The notes under the pieces are model-generated. The model had not been told where the DNA came from, did no database searches, and saw only the letters and a list, made by a program, of their open reading frames with translations. A stretch of 32,556 bases of DNA from an uncultured Desulfobacteraceae bacterium (lineage in GTDB: Bacteria; Desulfobacterota; DSM-4660; Desulfatiglandales; B25-G16): positions 1-32,556 of the forward strand of contig CAYPNL010000150.1 in the NCBI GenBank assembly GCA_964412045.1, read 5' to 3'. Shown piece by piece: positions 28,540 through 32,556 of the stretch (its first letter is position 1; each line of letters begins with the position of its first letter). A program made the translations under genes and the position numbers.

Positions 28540-30180
28540 ATGGATAAAAGAACATTATTGGCCTTGATCCTGTCTTTTCTTGTCTTTCTCGTCTGGTCGC
28601 TCCTCTTTGCCCCAAAACCAACGGACAAACCGTCCGAGAATCCCCCGACCCAGGAAAAAGAGCAGGAACAGAAGGTGGTGCCCGAGAGCCGGAAACTCTT
28701 AGGCCCCCAAAAGGAATCGATGCTTGAGGCAGGCTTAGAGGCAATAGATATCAAGGTCGAAACAGAGCTGTACTCTGCTGTGTTCTCGGGCTCCGGCCCA
28801 ATGATCCAAGGGTTCAAGTTAAAAAAATACCGGTCCACCGCTGAAAAAAACGCCTCCTTAAAGGAGTTGATTCACGTCGACAATAAAAACGGATATGGAT
28901 TCAACCTCGGGTTCTCCGGTCAAAATATCCCGAATATTGCCTGGTCAACGTTTAATGTAGAGAAAAAAGGCATCACGCTTGAAAGGGGCGATCAACCAGA
29001 GGAGTTGGTTTATGAGTGGAAGTCTCCTCAAGGCGTAGACGTACAAACGCGGTTCCTCTTCCACGCTGAAAATTACGCTATCGACCTCGCGATCACAGTC
29101 GACAACGGCTCCGGATACACCGTCAATGATGCCCTTTCGCTTCACCTTACGCACCTTCCCCAGGAGACCAAGAAGGCGTATGGCGTATTTGAGGGTATGG
29201 CCCTTTTGCTCGGCAACAAGCTCGAGGAGATAAAGGCAGATAAAGTAAACGAAAAAAAGTTCGAGGGCCGGATACCGTGGGTGGCCTATGAGCAACCGTA
29301 CTTCATGGCTGCTATAGCCAACGAAAACGATGCTACGCTCACCGCAAAGGGCACCACGCTTCCCAATGGAGAAATCAGGGTATCGTACCTAACCTCCTCC
29401 CTCAACGTGAAGCCCATGGAAAAGATTACCAAGAATTTCACCCTCTACCTGGGGCCAAGGGATCTCTATGTGCTCAAAGGGTTAGGGAAAAAACTTGAAA
29501 AGGCAATCAACTTCGGCTGGTTCGATATAATCGCCAAACCCCTATTGATCACGCTCCGCTTTTTCAATAAATACGTCTCAAATTACGGCCTATCCATTAT
29601 ACTGCTCACCATCCTCATAAAGATACTGTTCTGGCCTCTTACCCATAAGAGTTATCAATCTATGAAGGAAATGAGGAAGCTCCAGCCCATGATGGCCAAG
29701 ATAAGGGAAAAGTACAAAAACAATAAGCAGGAAATGCAGAAACAACTCATGGGTCTCTACAAGACATACAAGATCAATCCCATGGGGGGTTGCTTGCCCA
29801 TGGTGGTGCAGATACCCGTCTTCTTCGCCTTTTACCGAATACTGCCAAGCTCAATAGAGTTGCGACACGCCCCTTTTGTGCTGTGGATCAACGATCTTTC
29901 TGCGCCCGAAAGACTTTTTTCTTTTCCCTTTACAATACCGTTTATGGCTCCCCCTTATGGCATCCCGGTCTTGACCCTGCTGATGGGCGCATCCATGTTT
30001 CTCCAACAAAAAATGACACCCTCTCCGGGTGACCCCGCTCAGGCAAAGATGATGATGTTTCTGCCAATCATATTTACATTCTTATTTATAAATTTTCCAT
30101 CTGGTTTAGTGCTTTACTGGTTAGTAAACAATTTGCTGTCAATCGCCCAACAATATCGGATCAACAGACAAGTGGGTTAA
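28540..30180 (+). CDS. yidC: Membrane protein insertase YidC
   Basis: The ORF opens at 28522 (MSAGFL). MDKRTLLALILSFLVFL at 28540 matches the usual YidC N-terminus. Neither start has an SD. Large periplasmic P1 domain plus a conserved 5-TM core (GCLPMVVQIPVFFAFY). Confidence 0.92.
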   Translation: MDKRTLLALILSFLVFLVWSLLFAPKPTDKPSENPPTQEKEQEQKVVPESRKLLGPQKESMLEAGLEAIDIKVETELYSAVFSGSGPMIQGFKLKKYRSTAEKNASLKELIHVDNKNGYGFNLGFSGQNIPNIAWSTFNVEKKGITLERGDQPEELVYEWKSPQGVDVQTRFLFHAENYAIDLAITVDNGSGYTVNDALSLHLTHLPQETKKAYGVFEGMALLLGNKLEEIKADKVNEKKFEGRIPWVAYEQPYFMAAIANENDATLTAKGTTLPNGEIRVSYLTSSLNVKPMEKITKNFTLYLGPRDLYVLKGLGKKLEKAINFGWFDIIAKPLLITLRFFNKYVSNYGLSIILLTILIKILFWPLTHKSYQSMKEMRKLQPMMAKIREKYKNNKQEMQKQLMGLYKTYKINPMGGCLPMVVQIPVFFAFYRILPSSIELRHAPFVLWINDLSAPERLFSFPFTIPFMAPPYGIPVLTLLMGASMFLQQKMTPSPGDPAQAKMMMFLPIIFTFLFINFPSGLVLYWLVNNLLSIAQQYRINRQVG

Positions 30181-30197
30181 TATCAGGAGGAAGCCTT

Positions 30198-30848
30198 ATG
30201 TCATCTATCGAGATAGAAGCGAAAACAACTCGAGAGGCAATAGAAAAGGCCTGTGAGCATTTTCAAATGAGCCAGCAGGATCTCGATATAGAGATCTTGG
30301 AGAGCAGATCCGTTGGTATTTTCGGAATTATAGGAAACAGAAAGGCCAAGATCAGGGCCACACCTAAAGCTGACCCGAGCATAAAGCTCGCCCAGGAAGT
30401 CTTGACAAAGATAATCTCGCTTATCTCACCAAACAGCACTGTTTCAGCGGAAAGAAGGGGCGCCGACATACGCTTAACCCTAAAAGGGAATAACCCTGGA
30501 ATACTTATCGGTTCCCAGGGCAAGACCCTCGAGGCCCTGGAGTTTATCATTAATAAGGCAGTGAATAAGGTATCAGAGACAAAGACAAGGGTAATCGTGG
30601 ATGCCGAGGACTACCGGATAAGAAGAGAGGAGTCCCTCCAGAGGCTTGCCTTAGAGATGGGAGAGAAGGCCAAGAAAACAGGAAAGCCTATTGTCACAAA
30701 CCCAATGAATCCTCATGAGAGACGGATAATCCACCTCGCCCTTAAGGCTGACCGCAGCGTGCAAACGAAAAGTAAAGGTGAAGGCCTCTATAAAAGAATT
30801 TTGATCGTTGCAAGTACAGCGAGGTTCGACGAAAGGCAGGGTGAGTGA
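30198..30848 (+). CDS. jag: RNA-binding protein Jag/KhpB (Jag_N, KH and R3H domains)
   Basis: 216 aa. GGAGGA SD. KH-like GILIGSQGKTLEALE and R3H ERRIIHLAL motifs. Conserved yidC-jag synteny. Confidence 0.88.
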   Translation: MSSIEIEAKTTREAIEKACEHFQMSQQDLDIEILESRSVGIFGIIGNRKAKIRATPKADPSIKLAQEVLTKIISLISPNSTVSAERRGADIRLTLKGNNPGILIGSQGKTLEALEFIINKAVNKVSETKTRVIVDAEDYRIRREESLQRLALEMGEKAKKTGKPIVTNPMNPHERRIIHLALKADRSVQTKSKGEGLYKRILIVASTARFDERQGE

Positions 30849-30864
30849 GCCTTTCCATTTTGGG

Positions 30865-32250
30865 ATGGATTACAAGGACGAGACCATTGCTGCTATAGCC
30901 ACACCGGTGGGTATAGGCGGAATAGGCATAATCAAGATCAGTGGAAAGCTTGCGGAAGCCATCGCGCAAAACATATTCCGGCCAAGGCATCCTATCAAAT
31001 CGCTCGACAATTTCCGTCTCTACCTGGGTCACATAATAGACCTTGACTCAAGGCTACCCATCGATGAGGTGTTACTGTCCATTATGCGTGGTCCTTTCTC
31101 TTACACACGAGAGGATGTGGTTGAGATCAATTCCCACAGCGGCTACGCTATCCTTTCAAGGGTGCTCCAGATAATCCTCCGGTCCGGTGCTCGGCTCGCT
31201 AAACCAGGGGAATTCACGCTCCGGGCCTTCATGAACGGAAGAATTGATCTAACACAAGCAGAGGCCGTCGCTGACCTTATCAACGCCAAGAGTGAAACCT
31301 CTCTGTGTCTCGCCGCACACCAGCTTTCCGGCGGATTTCTAACAAGACTCGAGGAACTCAGGGAAAGCCTATTAGAAATACTCGTTGAAATAGAGGCTTG
31401 TATCGATTTTCCCGATGATCAACCCATAAGGATAGACCGTCATCACATAAGAGATCGTATCCACGCGGCTATCCTAGGACCCATTAAGGAATTGGTCTCC
31501 GCTTTTACACAACGGAAGATATGGCAGGAGGGAATAACCCTTGTGCTAGCAGGGCGAGTGAATGTCGGAAAATCGAGCATCTTTAATAGGATGCTCCAAA
31601 AGGAGCGGGCGCTCGTTACTCCTATACCCGGCACAACTCGTGATATCGTCGAGTGCGGGATAAGCATCAAAGGAATCCCTGTCCGTGTAATGGATACGGC
31701 GGGGATGAGGAAGGTAAGGGGAATGGTTGAGAAAAAAGGGCTCGGTTTAACAAAGGCCTGCCTTGCCTCTGCCGACATTATCCTTTTGGTGATCGATAGG
31801 AGCAAGGCCCTCGGGAAATACGACACCGAGACCTTGCGCAGGGTGACAAAAAAAAGGGTTATTGTGGTTATTAATAAAATCGACCTTCCTCAAAAGGTGA
31901 GTGAGAAGAAACTTGAGGATGTATGTAATAACCTTCCAAAAGTCTTTGTTTCAGCCCTTACAGGAGAAGGTTTTAATGATCTCGTAAACACCATCCACGA
32001 GCGTGTTGTTAATACTGCCGCGGTTCTGCCTTCAGCCCCGATCGTCCCCAACCTGCGACATACTATAGCGCTCCGCCAGGCCAGTGATTCCCTGGAAAAG
32101 GCAGCAACGAATATAGCAGATGGCCTTCCTCTAGAGATAGTTGCTGCTGATCTTGTCTGGGCAAAAAACGCGATAGATGAGATAACAGGAAAAAAGATAA
32201 GTGAAGAGGTGATTGACGGTGTATTTACTCGGTTTTGCCTGGGTAAATAA
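30865..32250 (+). CDS. mnmE: tRNA uridine-5-carboxymethylaminomethyl modification GTPase MnmE
   Basis: ORF from 30808. The likely start is MDYKDETIAAIATP at 30865. G1 GRVNVGKSS, G3 DTAGMR, G4 NKIDL and the C-terminal CLGK motif. Confidence 0.95.
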   Translation: MDYKDETIAAIATPVGIGGIGIIKISGKLAEAIAQNIFRPRHPIKSLDNFRLYLGHIIDLDSRLPIDEVLLSIMRGPFSYTREDVVEINSHSGYAILSRVLQIILRSGARLAKPGEFTLRAFMNGRIDLTQAEAVADLINAKSETSLCLAAHQLSGGFLTRLEELRESLLEILVEIEACIDFPDDQPIRIDRHHIRDRIHAAILGPIKELVSAFTQRKIWQEGITLVLAGRVNVGKSSIFNRMLQKERALVTPIPGTTRDIVECGISIKGIPVRVMDTAGMRKVRGMVEKKGLGLTKACLASADIILLVIDRSKALGKYDTETLRRVTKKRVIVVINKIDLPQKVSEKKLEDVCNNLPKVFVSALTGEGFNDLVNTIHERVVNTAAVLPSAPIVPNLRHTIALRQASDSLEKAATNIADGLPLEIVAADLVWAKNAIDEITGKKISEEVIDGVFTRFCLGK

Positions 32251-32285
32251 TTGATCGAGATTATCTCTTTAAGACAATAAATTGA

Positions 32286-32314
32286 TTGTAAAAAAAAGGG
32301 TAACGGTTTATAAT
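32286..32314 (+). promoter_or_regulatory. Sigma70-like promoter (TTGTAA-17 nt-TATAAT) upstream of the acyl-CoA dehydrogenase gene
   Basis: Perfect -10 TATAAT at 32309-32314, 17-nt spacer, TTGTAA at 32286-32291. AT-rich intergenic region. Confidence 0.5.
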
Positions 32315-32394
32315 TTCGAATAAATATACAACCATTATACAAGAGAGTTACAGTTGTTTTAAACACGGTACTTATTAAAAAGGAGGAATGTGAT

Positions 32395-32556
32395 ATGGAT
32401 TTTAGTCTACCAGATGAACTTCAGATGCTCAAAGAAACCGTTCGTGACTTTGTGGACGAAAAGATTGCTCCATTTGCGGATGACTGGGAAGAACAACACT
32501 ATTTCCCTTATAAAGAGGCTATCAAACCGATGGGTGACTTAGGGTTTTTCGGTACG
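32395..32556 (+). CDS. Acyl-CoA dehydrogenase, N-terminal fragment (runs off the window)
   Basis: AAAGGAGGA SD 8 nt upstream. MDFSLPDELQMLKETVRDFVDEKIAPFADDWEEQHYFP is a typical ACAD N-terminal helical domain. Confidence 0.8.
   Translation, partial: MDFSLPDELQMLKETVRDFVDEKIAPFADDWEEQHYFPYKEAIKPMGDLGFFGT

Overview
This 32.6-kb window is core bacterial chromosome, roughly 50% GC by eye. Gene order and protein flavour suggest a Deltaproteobacteria/Thermodesulfobacteriota-like organism, but that is inference only.

Layout:
- From 1.6 to 27.3 kb, 25 protein genes run uninterrupted on the minus strand. In transcription order they are mreB-mreC-mreD-mrdA-rodA-bactofilin (elongasome); a complete nine-gene archaeal-type A/V-ATPase operon (H-I-K-E-C-F-A-B-D); a zapB-like gene and zapA; rny; ftsE-ftsX-envC; an S41 C-terminal protease; a YibQ-like deacetylase-fold protein; a PAC2-family protein; and purA.
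- At 27.3-27.5 kb the orientation flips to the plus-strand rpmH-rnpA-yidD-yidC-jag-mnmE cluster. rpmH is below the ORF-track size cutoff and was found by hand. The 5' end of an acyl-CoA dehydrogenase gene follows.
- The left end carries a TauE/SafE permease and a heavily decayed DUF4143-type AAA ATPase pseudogene.

I see no CRISPR array, transposase, integrase, tRNA/rRNA, toxin-antitoxin pair or recognisable defence module. I cannot honestly point to a novel multi-gene system here.

The observations most worth a second look:
- A ~187-nt RNA directly after zapA folds into the canonical 6S RNA architecture. Its central-bubble sequence closely resembles E. coli 6S.
- The V-ATPase proteolipid (K) carries what looks like the full Na+-binding signature, with only one carboxylate per four helices.
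- The V-ATPase operon is wedged between the elongasome and divisome clusters with only a 40-nt terminator-less gap after the bactofilin gene.
- Several smaller items: a sub-threshold 54-aa membrane ORF, leader hairpins, a degenerate LytM domain in EnvC, and an internal repeat in atpH.
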